The notes under the pieces were generated by a model. That model saw only the letters and a list, made by a program, of their open reading frames with translations, was not told the origin of the DNA and ran no database searches. This document shows positions 8,133 through 18,194 of a DNA stretch of 61,017 nucleotides, one piece after another (positions within the stretch are counted from its first letter, which is position 1; the number at the start of each line of letters is the position of its first letter). Made by a program: the position numbers and the translations under genes. This stretch comes from a bacterium (lineage in GTDB: Bacteria; RUG730), in the NCBI GenBank assembly GCA_031551405.1, contig JAVBNQ010000001.1:1-61017 (forward strand), in the 5' to 3' direction.

Positions 8133-11100
8133 TTAATTCTCTTGTTTTTTTGCAAACAAAAGCTTCCAGATCTTGCTAAAAAACATCAAGACTTCTTCAG
8201 CGTAAAAATAAAGTACTGGTATCATAAAAAAAGTAAAAAACATCGAACCAAGCATTCCACCGATCATTACAGCTCCCATCGACACTTTCATTCCGTCGTT
8301 TGACCAAAGCTGCGGCCACGTACCTGCAATAATCGCAATAGACGTCATAAGCACAGCCTTGAATTTCGATGAAAAACCGATCCACATAGCCTCTCTCAGC
8401 TCAGCTCCCTTGGCAAGCTCAGTATCAGCAGAATCTAACACCAAAATTGCATTATTCACCACGAGTCCAACTAACATCACCATTGCAAGCATCGACGCTA
8501 TGTTTATGCTTGCTCCTGTAAAAAATAAAAGCAAAAAAACTCCGGCAAAAGAAGTAATAATCGTAGTCGCAATAACGAATGGCATCGTGAACGAATTCAT
8601 AATTGCAACAAGAAGCATATAAGTCAAAATTGCCGCAATGATAAAAGCCTTCACGATTTCTTGACCAGATTCAGCTTGATGCTCACTATTTCCACTAAAT
8701 CTATAGCCATACCCATCTTCAAAGTTTATGTCCTTAAATACATTCTCAGTCAAATACTTTTGAACTTGTCCTGCTGAAGATTTAGATAAAAATCCATCGA
8801 TCGATATAATTCGCTCATAATTTCGTCTATAAATCGTAGGAATCGCCTTATCTTCAACAAATTTTCCAAGCTCCAAAATCGGAACCAAGCCTTTTTGCGT
8901 AATCATAAAAAGATGATTTAAATCTTTGATACTCGTCTTATAATTGTCATTTAATTCAACGCGAATTTTATATTCATCTCCTTTTTCTCGATAGAAATTA
9001 GTCTCATCGCCATAAATTGCAGTCCTAATCATACTTCCTAATGAAGCATTTGCGACGTCATAATTAAGCAATTGCTTTTGATCTGAAACGAAATTTATTT
9101 CTTTTTTAGGCTTTTTATATGATGTTTTCACGCTCCTAAAATACCCACTTTCTTCCATCTTTTTTATAATTTGCTGCTGATACGAATCCATCACATCGTA
9201 ATCATGACCATATAAATCTATCGTTAAATCTCCCGATGACCCTCCCATGCTTATTCCTCGACCTAGAGTCACTTCAACATCTGGTATTTTTGCAAAAATT
9301 GGGATCCAATCATTAATTATGTCAAGATCGGATTTTTTAACTCGAATATTTTTTGGAGTCAAGTTTATAGAAATTTCAGCAGTTTCTACGCCTTGCTTCC
9401 CTCCGACAGTACTTGTAAAATCCACTATTTCTTCTTTTTGCTTGATTATAGCCTCAATTTCCTCGACTTTTTTACGCGTTTTTTCCAAACTACTTCCTTG
9501 AGGTAAAACTATAGAAACGCTGATCTTGTCTCGGTCGTAGGTTGGGATAAATTCGTTCCCAATGTATTTTACAAGAGTCACAGATCCAACTAAAATAAGC
9601 AATGAAAAAATTAACGTTAAATAGTGAAATTTAAGCATTAAATCAAAAATTATTTTGTATTCTCGTATCAAAAAATCAACAACCCAATCTATAACGCGAA
9701 TTAAAAAAAACTTTTTTTTCGGCTGCTCTGACTTATTTTTTAACATAATAGCACAAAGCATTGGAGTCAAGGTAAACGAGGCAATTATTGAAAATAGCGT
9801 TGTATAAACGACTGTCATACCAAATTGTTTCATGAATTGCCCGATAATTCCGCCCATAAAAGCTATTGGCGTGAACACAACAATATTAGTTCCCGCAGAC
9901 GCTAGCACTGCAACAAAAACTTCTTTTGTACCATTGATCGACGCTGTAATCCTGTCCTCACCTTTGTCGAGGTGAACGAGAATATTTTCAATGATCACGA
10001 TAGCATTAGCAATCAGCGTTCCGAGAGCAGTTCCAACAGCCAGTAAAGTCATTGAGTTGATTGTAAAATGAGAAAAATCAACCGGCAAAAACGAAGATAT
10101 AATTGACGTTGGAATTACGATCGATGCAATAAATGTAATCGGAATATTTCCTGTAAACAAAAACAAAATTATAATTGTTAAAATGATTCCGACTATGATG
10201 TTTTCGACTGTAGCGTTTGTTTCACCTACTATATCTTTAGTATTATCATTTGCTATAAAAAGATTCATATCGTCTTTCAAAAGTTCTTTTATAGACGGCA
10301 TCTTTTTATAAACAGCTCGTGCAACTTGAACGGAATTTGCGTCCGAGACGATTTTGACGGACAAACTCACAATTTCCTTCCCTTTATATCTGGAAATAGT
10401 TTGAACTTTTTTGTAGCTATCCTCGACAACCGCAAATTCTTTTAATGGAATAGCCTCCCCATCTTGAGAGTTTATCGGTGTATTGCGAATGTCGTCTAAG
10501 CTTTTGAATTCTCCAAGAAATCTAACATTAATGCTCTGGTCAAAAGCATCAATAGCGCCACTTGGCATATTCAAATTTTTCATTTTAAGACCGTCGACAA
10601 CGCTGCCAATCGAAATGTAATATTTTTTCATCAAAATAGGGTCGAGTTTGACTCGAATTTCTTTTTCTTTTCCCCCAAAAATCTCGAGCGTAGAAACGCC
10701 TGAAATTGCATTGAATTTGGGTTTCAAAACTTTATCTGCAAATCTAAATAGTTCTTTTGTGTCGCGTTTATCGCTACTCAAAACTAAGTCGATAATTGGT
10801 TTTGAAAATGGATCGAATTTTTGAATGATTGGTTTTTCTATCGTCGCAGGTAAATCGTTCAGGATCGCTTCGACTTTATCTTTAACTTCAATGGCTTTTG
10901 TATTAACATCAACTCCGATATTAAATTCTACAAATATAAAACCAAAGCTATCATAACATCTGCTGCTCAAGTTTTTTATATCGGAAAGCTCTGCAATGAC
11001 TTCTTCCATTTTCTGGACAGCTTGACTTTCTACCTCGAGAGGGCTCGCCCCAGGATAGGTCGTAACAATTGTAACAACCGGGAAATCGATTTTGGGACTA

Positions 11101-11201
11101 TCTTCTATACCAAGATTGAAATAGGACACACATCCCAAAACTATAAAAAACAATATAAAAGCGATTGTAGTAGCTGGCCTTTTTACAAAAATATCAATCA
11201 A
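8133..11201 (-). CDS. RND efflux transporter permease (AcrB family)
   Basis: About 1020 aa, KRPATT start, PKIDFPVV, NAIVIIENI, SFTLTPML, GLVVNNAILVLD; TTG start 11201 after GGAGG. Confidence 0.93.
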   Translation of the reverse strand: MIDIFVKRPATTIAFILFFIVLGCVSYFNLGIEDSPKIDFPVVTIVTTYPGASPLEVESQAVQKMEEVIAELSDIKNLSSRCYDSFGFIFVEFNIGVDVNTKAIEVKDKVEAILNDLPATIEKPIIQKFDPFSKPIIDLVLSSDKRDTKELFRFADKVLKPKFNAISGVSTLEIFGGKEKEIRVKLDPILMKKYYISIGSVVDGLKMKNLNMPSGAIDAFDQSINVRFLGEFKSLDDIRNTPINSQDGEAIPLKEFAVVEDSYKKVQTISRYKGKEIVSLSVKIVSDANSVQVARAVYKKMPSIKELLKDDMNLFIANDNTKDIVGETNATVENIIVGIILTIIILFLFTGNIPITFIASIVIPTSIISSFLPVDFSHFTINSMTLLAVGTALGTLIANAIVIIENILVHLDKGEDRITASINGTKEVFVAVLASAGTNIVVFTPIAFMGGIIGQFMKQFGMTVVYTTLFSIIASFTLTPMLCAIMLKNKSEQPKKKFFLIRVIDWVVDFLIREYKIIFDLMLKFHYLTLIFSLLILVGSVTLVKYIGNEFIPTYDRDKISVSIVLPQGSSLEKTRKKVEEIEAIIKQKEEIVDFTSTVGGKQGVETAEISINLTPKNIRVKKSDLDIINDWIPIFAKIPDVEVTLGRGISMGGSSGDLTIDLYGHDYDVMDSYQQQIIKKMEESGYFRSVKTSYKKPKKEINFVSDQKQLLNYDVANASLGSMIRTAIYGDETNFYREKGDEYKIRVELNDNYKTSIKDLNHLFMITQKGLVPILELGKFVEDKAIPTIYRRNYERIISIDGFLSKSSAGQVQKYLTENVFKDINFEDGYGYRFSGNSEHQAESGQEIVKAFIIAAILTYMLLVAIMNSFTMPFVIATTIITSFAGVFLLLFFTGASINIASMLAMVMLVGLVVNNAILVLDSADTELAKGAELREAMWIGFSSKFKAVLMTSIAIIAGTWPQLWSNDGMKVSMGAVMIGGMLGSMFFTFFMIPVLYFYAEEVLMFFSKIWKLLFAKKQEN

Positions 11202-11417
11202 TTTTTTCCTCCAATGCGCAAAAAAATGCAATGCTCTTTTGTCTGGTTTTTTTATTTAACAGATTTTTATTTAATTTCTATAATTTTCTCTCTTCTTGAA
11301 GGCTAGCGAAAGATCTCAAATTTAAATTTTTTGTTTTACTCAAAATGCCGTCACTAAAAATTTAGAAATTTATATTTTCGTTTTCAAAAAACTTTGTTTT
11401 CCCGTATAAAAAACTCG

Positions 11418-12107
11418 CTAAAATTCTTTCACAACATCAACCTTATCGTCTTTTTTCAACATAAAACTTCCCTCGAGAATCAATTTATCTCCAACTAGCA
11501 ACCCTTTTTTAACTTCAATATTAATTCCATCACTTTCGCCGAGCTTAAGATACTTTTTGTTAGCAACCTTTTCATCGTTAATAACCCAAACAAAATCTCC
11601 GGTTTCATCCGAATCCACTAACTCCACCGGGATCCTTATATTCGATTTTGAGCTTACGGTTACGCTGCAATTTAAAATCGTTTCATTTGCCAGATTCAAA
11701 CTTTTGTTCAGATTCAAGTCCAAACGATAAAGCCCGGTTTTATAATCTACAAAATTAGCTATTGCGCCAACCTTTCCAAAATATTTTTCATCTTGGTGTA
11801 CTACAAAAAAAATCTGACCACGTTTTATTTGTCTTTTCATATCGAGAGGCAAATAACTTACAATATTTTTTTTATCATAAATTTTCCCACTTATTTTTAA
11901 ATTTTGTGAAAAACTTTCAGTCGTAATGTTTTTTACATAAACCGGTTTTCCGTATTTAGCCCATTCGTTGTTAAAACTGACTATTTCTTTTTTATTTTTC
12001 GCAACCAATTTTTCCTTCTGATTCTTGATTGCAAAAAGCGTCACTACAACCACGCTAATATAAAAAATGATCCTCAATAAATTTTTTGATATTTCCCAAA
12101 AATTCAT
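11418..12107 (-). CDS. Short RND periplasmic adaptor (MFP)
   Basis: N-terminal TM helix; C-terminal IEVKKGLLVGDKLILEG membrane-proximal motif; lies between tolC-like and RND genes. Confidence 0.8.
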   Translation of the reverse strand: MNFWEISKNLLRIIFYISVVVVTLFAIKNQKEKLVAKNKKEIVSFNNEWAKYGKPVYVKNITTESFSQNLKISGKIYDKKNIVSYLPLDMKRQIKRGQIFFVVHQDEKYFGKVGAIANFVDYKTGLYRLDLNLNKSLNLANETILNCSVTVSSKSNIRIPVELVDSDETGDFVWVINDEKVANKKYLKLGESDGINIEVKKGLLVGDKLILEGSFMLKKDDKVDVVKEF

Positions 12108-12112
12108 GTTTT

Positions 12113-13414
12113 TTAAACTCCTTGTCGAGATAATAACTCATCTATCTCAACGAGTGAAATATTTATCTTAAAAAGCGTAGTTACCACGCTCGTCCTAACA
12201 TTTGTAAGCATTAGCTCCGCATCGTTTAAGTCCAGAAGCCCCAGTTTTCCGAAAGAAAACTTTTCCTGACTCAAACTAAACGATCTTTCAGCAAGCTCTA
12301 ACGTTTTTAGATTAGATCTATAAATTTCAAGCAGGCTTTGATAGTTAAGAATCTCGTTTTCAAAAGCAAGTTTCAAGTCGAGTTTAGCTCTTTCTAAAAT
12401 AATTTTTTGATTATCTATTTCAAGATTAGCCTCGTCGTAACGATGTTTATATTTGCCTCCTTCATAAAGAGGAACGCTGACGTTAATTCCTATATAACTC
12501 AGCTGCTGATAGTAATCAAGTTTATTAAAAAAAACTTCGTTATCATTCATAGCATACCCAAAACCAGCAAAAGCAGAAATTACAGGATATTTATTAGCTT
12601 TCTCAAGCTTAGCTAAGCTCTCTTTCAAATCAATATTTTTCTGTAAAATCTTCAAATTAACTTGTTCAAAATACATTTCGTTCAACAATTTAGTAACGTC
12701 AAAATGCCCAAAATTTTTTGTAAACCCATCAGTCAATACAATATCTTGCCATTCTTCTATTCGAAGTAGCCTTTTTAAAGCATTCTTAGCAAGCATCAAG
12801 TTTGCTTCAGCTTGTTTCAATGCAGGAACTCGCGACGCGATATCAGTATCCATTTTCAAATTATCACGCTGATTTACTCGACCGTAAGCAAAGCTTTTCA
12901 AAAGCAAATTTTTATTTTTGTTCGCATTATTGTAGGATTCTTTTGTAATGTTTAACAATTCTTGAGCGAGCAAAGTGTTTAAATAGGCTTTTTTAATTTT
13001 GTAAGTTATCTCAAGGCTAGTGTTAGTCTTAGACAAGTAAGTAATGTCCTTTAATTTATCGGCAGCAATTAACGCATTCTCCACTTTTCCGAACGAATAC
13101 ACAAGCTGATTCAATGTGATCTGCAAACTTTTCTCGTAATCAAGCTTTGACGGATATTCAAAATATCTCTGATAAGTGCCCATTGCTTTTATGCTCGGAT
13201 ATAAGCCTGACCGCGTTTCCTTGTATTTTAGCTCGTAATTTTGAATCTCATTATTTTTGAGTTCAAGAGCCTCGCTTTTCAAAATCCCTAACTGAACTGC
13301 GTCTTTAACCCCAAGTTTATAAACTTTTACAGGATTTTCTATAGCATGGATTTGTATTACGTCAACAAATAAAAAAATCGAAAAAAAAGCAATAGCGATT
13401 TTACTTTTAAGCAC
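12113..13414 (-). CDS. TolC-family outer-membrane efflux protein
   Basis: Signal peptide, two OEP repeats (YPSIKAMG, YPVISAFAG, INVSVPLYEGG). Confidence 0.9.
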   Translation of the reverse strand: MLKSKIAIAFFSIFLFVDVIQIHAIENPVKVYKLGVKDAVQLGILKSEALELKNNEIQNYELKYKETRSGLYPSIKAMGTYQRYFEYPSKLDYEKSLQITLNQLVYSFGKVENALIAADKLKDITYLSKTNTSLEITYKIKKAYLNTLLAQELLNITKESYNNANKNKNLLLKSFAYGRVNQRDNLKMDTDIASRVPALKQAEANLMLAKNALKRLLRIEEWQDIVLTDGFTKNFGHFDVTKLLNEMYFEQVNLKILQKNIDLKESLAKLEKANKYPVISAFAGFGYAMNDNEVFFNKLDYYQQLSYIGINVSVPLYEGGKYKHRYDEANLEIDNQKIILERAKLDLKLAFENEILNYQSLLEIYRSNLKTLELAERSFSLSQEKFSFGKLGLLDLNDAELMLTNVRTSVVTTLFKINISLVEIDELLSRQGV

Positions 13415-13425
13415 CTTATGCCTCC

Positions 13426-13974
13426 CTAATCTTCATACGAACGTAAAGTTTCCATCGCTTTCTCAGCCCACAGATTTTGTGTTTTTAAAATCTCGACTAC
13501 CAGCTCTGCCAACAGTCTAGGATAAAACAATTTTTTTGCAAGTTTTTTGTTTGAGCAACCTTTTTTTTGAGCATAAAATTTTGTTAAAATAACATCATTT
13601 TTATTTTTCATGTCCGCTAGTTTTTTTATATTTTGCTCAAATGATAGATTAAATCCAAACAAAAATTTTAACATCAACTCGTTGCGTATCAAAATCTTGT
13701 TACTCTTTGAATTCTCAAGATAACTGCGTAAAATTTCCATCCCTTTTTCTGTAATCGTGTACACATTTTTATCAGGCTTATTTTCCTGAGGCACTCTTTC
13801 TTTTATCACAAAATCTTCTGCTAATAAAATTTTCAACTCTTTATAAATTTGACCATAACTTTCATTCCAAATATATGGTAAAAATTCATTGACCGCTTTT
13901 TTAATATCATAGCCTGACATCTTGTTTATGCTTAAAAGCCCAAGAATTGTAAATCTTGTTTTGTTTTTATACAT
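13426..13974 (-). CDS. PadR-family transcriptional regulator
   Basis: ILGLL..MSGYDIKK, SYGQIY, KNVYTITEKG winged helix plus C-terminal ELMLKFLF domain. Confidence 0.92.
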   Translation of the reverse strand: MYKNKTRFTILGLLSINKMSGYDIKKAVNEFLPYIWNESYGQIYKELKILLAEDFVIKERVPQENKPDKNVYTITEKGMEILRSYLENSKSNKILIRNELMLKFLFGFNLSFEQNIKKLADMKNKNDVILTKFYAQKKGCSNKKLAKKLFYPRLLAELVVEILKTQNLWAEKAMETLRSYED

Positions 13975-14021
13975 CGATACGAACCTATAACTTTTAGATA
14001 TATAGCTTTTTTTTCAAAAAG

Positions 14022-14049
14022 AGCATATCAAATTTTATCCAAATGTCAA
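14022..14049 (-). promoter_or_regulatory. Promoter of the padR-efflux operon
   Basis: TTGACA-16 nt-TATGCT with an extended TG on the minus strand. Confidence 0.6.
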
Positions 14050-14081
14050 GATAAACTTGTATATTAAAAAGCAAAAAAATC

Positions 14082-14110
14082 TTGACTTGGTTCCTTACTT
14101 CTGTTATCTT
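14082..14110 (+). promoter_or_regulatory. Sigma70 promoter of beta-barrel paralogue 1
   Basis: TTGACT-17 nt-TATCTT with extended TG; same layout as 47651-47679. Confidence 0.7.
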
Positions 14111-14147
14111 TACGTCAAATATTTTTATATCTTATGGAGGGAAAAAA

Positions 14148-14738
14148 TTGAGAAATAAATTATTTTTTTCTTTTATTTTCGTAGTAATATTGGTAAGTCT
14201 AGCAAGTGCAAAAGTTGGAATTAAAACAGGAATTGATTTTAATTTATTTGGCGACTCTAGAATTTCAGGACAAAATAAAAATGTTGAAATTCTTTTTGAT
14301 GCTTCAGACGACATCACACTTTCTTATAAAACAGGACAAGGAGATCTAGTTGTATCCGACTCAAGAAATAGTGCTAATAACTTTTTATTAAAAACTAAAG
14401 TTGATTCTTTGAACTTTTATAAAGTGGTTGCAGCTCCGGTAAAAAATATGCCAGTCTCAATTGGACTTGAACTTGGATCTTTAACAAGCGCTGCTCTCGT
14501 TGGTACCGTCGCAGCTCCTGCAACAGCTTCACAAAGTGTTCTTTTGGCAGGAATTCACGGTTTACTTTCTTATGAATCTGAGGCCAGCAATGGAGTTAAA
14601 ACTTTCTTCTCGTTGGCATTAGGTTATAGATTTATAGACTTTAACGAAGTTGCTCTTGCAGCTATTTTCCCGGGAAATGAAACTTTGAAAAACCTAAGTG
14701 GTCTTACAGTTGGAGTTAACGTAGGTATAAAATTTTAA
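14148..14738 (+). CDS. Small outer-membrane beta-barrel protein, paralogue 1 (196 aa)
   Basis: TTG start after GGAGG; signal peptide ending ASA; C-terminal GVNVGIKF beta-signal; paralogue at 47715. Confidence 0.8.
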   Translation: MRNKLFFSFIFVVILVSLASAKVGIKTGIDFNLFGDSRISGQNKNVEILFDASDDITLSYKTGQGDLVVSDSRNSANNFLLKTKVDSLNFYKVVAAPVKNMPVSIGLELGSLTSAALVGTVAAPATASQSVLLAGIHGLLSYESEASNGVKTFFSLALGYRFIDFNEVALAAIFPGNETLKNLSGLTVGVNVGIKF

Positions 14739-14766
14739 TTAAAAAAATAATTTGATTTGTTTTAAG

Positions 14767-14802
14767 AAAACGAGAGACAAAATTTTGTTTCTCGTTTTTT
14801 TT
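14767..14802 (+). terminator. Intrinsic terminator
   Basis: AAAACGAGAGACAAA / TTTGTTTCTCGTTTT stem followed by a T run. Confidence 0.85.
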
Positions 14803-14819
14803 ATTTTAGGCGGACTATT

Positions 14820-15167
14820 ATGAAGGAAAACTTTTGTATAATTTTGTCTACTTTTCCGGATGAAAAAGAAGCAAAAAAAATATCCGAAATTTTACTGCAA
14901 AAAAAATTAATTGCTTGCGTAAATATCGTCCCCAAAATCTTATCAATGTATTTTTGGGATGGGAAACTAACTGAAGATTCTGAAGTTTTAGCAATCATAA
15001 AAAGTGAATTTAAAAATTTTGAAGAAATAAAAACCACAATAGAAAAAAATCACTCCTATCAAATACCTGAAATAATATGTCTCGAGATAAAAGCAGGAAA
15101 CCAAAAATATTTTGATTGGATTTCCAATGTAGTAAACTTTAAAAATTCAAAAAACGTTTGTAATTAA
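14820..15167 (+). CDS. cutA: Divalent-cation tolerance protein CutA
   Basis: LIACVNI, SMYFWDGK, HSYQIPEI motifs. Confidence 0.93.
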   Translation: MKENFCIILSTFPDEKEAKKISEILLQKKLIACVNIVPKILSMYFWDGKLTEDSEVLAIIKSEFKNFEEIKTTIEKNHSYQIPEIICLEIKAGNQKYFDWISNVVNFKNSKNVCN

Positions 15168-15214
15168 ATTTCTTTTTTATTAACTTTGCCTAACAATTAT
15201 TCAAAGGACTTAAA

Positions 15215-16585
15215 ATGCAAAAAAAATTATTTGGAACAGATGGAATCAGATGCAAAGCCGGCGAGTTTCCACTGACTCCGGAAACAATCTCGAAAATCGC
15301 CTATGCCGCTGGTCTAGTTTTGACGGAAAACGCAAACTCAAAGAACGTAAAAAAAGTCGCAATCGGAATAGATACTCGCGAATCCGGTGTTTGGATTACA
15401 AAAAGTCTTGCGAAAGGTTTCAATAAACTTGGGATTCAAGTCGATTTTTCCGGTATAATTCCGACGCCGGCTCTCAGCGTTTTCACTAGAAATAATGCTT
15501 ATAGCTTCGGTATCATGATTTCTGCCTCGCATAATCCGTTTTACGACAATGGAATAAAATTTTTTTCAGAGACTGGCGAAAAATTATCTGACGACATCGA
15601 GCTAAAAATCGAACAAAAATATTACGAATTAGCTGATTTGAACCTAGAAAGCGCGGATTCTTTTTATAACGATGTGAGCCAAGATATTTATAAAATTTAC
15701 AAGAACGTTTTACTGGATTCTCTCGATGAAATTAGAAAATTCACTGAATTTAGGATTGCGCTTGATCCGGCAAATGGTTCGCTGTTTGATTTTGCTCCAA
15801 AAATTTTTTCTGAGCTTGGGACAAGAATCGAATTTGCCGACAATTCTAATACTCCAACAGGCAAAAACATCAACGAAAATTGCGGGTCAACTCACATCCA
15901 AAATTTACTCAATTTTATGAAAAAAAACAGCATGAGCTTTGACATAGGCTTCAGTTTTGATGGCGACGGAGACAGACTGATCGCGATCAGAAAAGACGGA
16001 AAAATTCTTGATGGCGACGTAATTATGGGGCTTTTTGCGAAAATCTTTAAATCGCAAAATGAGCTCACAAACAATTGTCTCGTTTTGACAGTGATGAGTA
16101 ACCTCGGTTTAAAACTTTTTCTGGCTCGGGAAAACATAGATTTTTGCGAGACAAAAGTCGGCGACAGATACGTTTACGAAGCATTGACGCAACAAAATGC
16201 TGTGATCGGCGGAGAACAATCCGGACACATAATTCTAAAAAAATTCCACAAAACTGGCGACGGACTACTCGCAGCTTTGCAAATAATGAAAATTTTAAAA
16301 GAAATCGGTGAAAAAGAATTTAATAAAATCACTGATGAAATAAAAATTTTTCCGCAAATTTTGGTAAACGTAAGATTGAGAGAAAAAACTGATATTTTTT
16401 CTGTTACTGAAATAAAAAATTTTTATGAAAAAATCGTAACGAAACTAGGGGAATCCGGGAGAATTTTGGTGAGATATTCTGGTACAGAGCCGCTTTTGCG
16501 AATAATGCTCGAAGGTGAAAATCAAGACGAGATTCAAAAATTAGCTAATGATTTTGCCGAGCTCGTTAAACAAAAATTAGTTTAG
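15215..16585 (+). CDS. glmM: Phosphoglucosamine mutase
   Basis: LFGTDGIR, ISASHNP, DGDGDR, GGEQSGH, RYSGTEP. Confidence 0.95.
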   Translation: MQKKLFGTDGIRCKAGEFPLTPETISKIAYAAGLVLTENANSKNVKKVAIGIDTRESGVWITKSLAKGFNKLGIQVDFSGIIPTPALSVFTRNNAYSFGIMISASHNPFYDNGIKFFSETGEKLSDDIELKIEQKYYELADLNLESADSFYNDVSQDIYKIYKNVLLDSLDEIRKFTEFRIALDPANGSLFDFAPKIFSELGTRIEFADNSNTPTGKNINENCGSTHIQNLLNFMKKNSMSFDIGFSFDGDGDRLIAIRKDGKILDGDVIMGLFAKIFKSQNELTNNCLVLTVMSNLGLKLFLARENIDFCETKVGDRYVYEALTQQNAVIGGEQSGHIILKKFHKTGDGLLAALQIMKILKEIGEKEFNKITDEIKIFPQILVNVRLREKTDIFSVTEIKNFYEKIVTKLGESGRILVRYSGTEPLLRIMLEGENQDEIQKLANDFAELVKQKLV

Positions 16586-17329
16586 ATGAGAGACTTTACC
16601 ACAAACGCAATCTTATTAAGAAAATACGACGTTATGGACGCGGATTTGTCTCTCATTTTGCTGACGGATAAATTCGGAAAAATAACAGCTTGGACAAAAG
16701 GTATTCGAAAAATCACGCAAAAATTTGGCGCGTACCTGGATTTTTTTTGTGTCGCAGAGCTTGGAATTTACTCGGCAAAAGATAAAAACTTAATCAAAAA
16801 CATCAAAATTTTAGAACACAATTACAAAATTCGGCTAGATTTCAAAAAATTGCAGAAAGCTTATTTTATACTGCAAAACCTGGATAATTTTACTATTTCC
16901 GGAACCGGAGCTGAACTTTTTGACCTGGCGAGAAAAAGCCTGCAAATTCTGGACGAAAAACCGCTAAACGAATGCATCAATCTAGAAAGCTGGTTTTTTA
17001 TGAGGCTTCTCGAGAAACTTGGCTACAAATTTTTAATAAACGAATGCGCGAATTGCGGCTTAAAGCTCACAAATTCTCCTCTAAAATCACTCGTTTTTTC
17101 GCCTAAAGTCGGCGGCATTTTATGCAACATTTGCAAAGCACAAATTCCTCAAAACGAATTTTTTCTTATTTCATACGATCTTTTGATCGTTCTTCAAAAT
17201 TTGTCGCAAATGAAAGAATTTATATCTCTCGAAACGCGTGAACAAACCTCATCTCAAATCGAAAATTTTATAAATAAACTCAAAAAATATTTTTTTGCTG
17301 AGGGAAAATATCTTGGAAAATACGAATAG
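16586..17329 (+). CDS. recO: DNA repair protein RecO
   Basis: N-terminal OB fold (LLTDKFGKI..KGIRK) and CxxC...GGILCxxC zinc finger. Confidence 0.9.
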   Translation: MRDFTTNAILLRKYDVMDADLSLILLTDKFGKITAWTKGIRKITQKFGAYLDFFCVAELGIYSAKDKNLIKNIKILEHNYKIRLDFKKLQKAYFILQNLDNFTISGTGAELFDLARKSLQILDEKPLNECINLESWFFMRLLEKLGYKFLINECANCGLKLTNSPLKSLVFSPKVGGILCNICKAQIPQNEFFLISYDLLIVLQNLSQMKEFISLETREQTSSQIENFINKLKKYFFAEGKYLGKYE

Positions 17330-18194
17330 GAAGCCGGATTGGCTGATAAAAAAAAAGAATATTTTGCAAAATCGCGAGATGAAAAAAATTTTGCGAGATT
17401 ATAAACTTCACACTGTTTGCGAGAGCGCAAAATGCCCAAATATTTCCGAATGTTTTGCGAATAGAACCGCGACATTCATGGTTTTGGGCGAAATTTGTAC
17501 GAGGAATTGTTTGTTTTGCGGAGTTGAAAAAGGAAAACCTTCAGCACCTGAGACCGAGGAAGCCGACAATATTTTGGAAGCTATCAAAAGACTCAAACTA
17601 AAATACGCAGTATTGACGATGGTGACGAGAGATGATTTGGAGGACGGAGGAGCTGAACATTTCGTAAAAATCATCACAAAAATTAGAGAAAATTTTCCAA
17701 CAAATGATGATGTAAAAATAGAAATTTTGACATCGGATTTTTATTCAAGACAAGACGAAGATTACGAGTCAAGTTTAGCAAAAATAATTAAAAATTTTGA
17801 AAACGCAAAAATAAACGTTTTTTCTCACAATATTGAGACTGTCCCGAGGCTTTATCCAAAAATTCGAACTATTACTGATTACAAAAGATCTCTTAACGTC
17901 CTAAAAATCGCAAAAAAATCTACACAAAATGTACTCATAAAAACAGGAATAATGCTCGGGCTAGGCGAAGAGCCGTGTGAGGTAGAGCAAACTTTGCGAG
18001 ATATTTTAGAAACCGGTGCTAAAATTTTGACAATCGGGCAGTATTTGGCGCCGTCAAAAAATCATTACCCGGTCGCGAGATTTCTCGAGCAGAAAGAATT
18101 TGATAGCTACAAAGATTTTGCGTTAAATCTTGGGTTTACAAAAGTCGAAGCAGGGCCTTTTGTTCGAAGCTCGTACAAAGCCGCCGGCCTTTAA
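17313..18194 (+). CDS. lipA: Lipoyl synthase
   Basis: CESAKCPNISEC, CTRNCLFC, HNIETV, RSSY; TTG 17313 after GAGGG. Confidence 0.96.
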   Translation: MENTNRKPDWLIKKKNILQNREMKKILRDYKLHTVCESAKCPNISECFANRTATFMVLGEICTRNCLFCGVEKGKPSAPETEEADNILEAIKRLKLKYAVLTMVTRDDLEDGGAEHFVKIITKIRENFPTNDDVKIEILTSDFYSRQDEDYESSLAKIIKNFENAKINVFSHNIETVPRLYPKIRTITDYKRSLNVLKIAKKSTQNVLIKTGIMLGLGEEPCEVEQTLRDILETGAKILTIGQYLAPSKNHYPVARFLEQKEFDSYKDFALNLGFTKVEAGPFVRSSYKAAGL

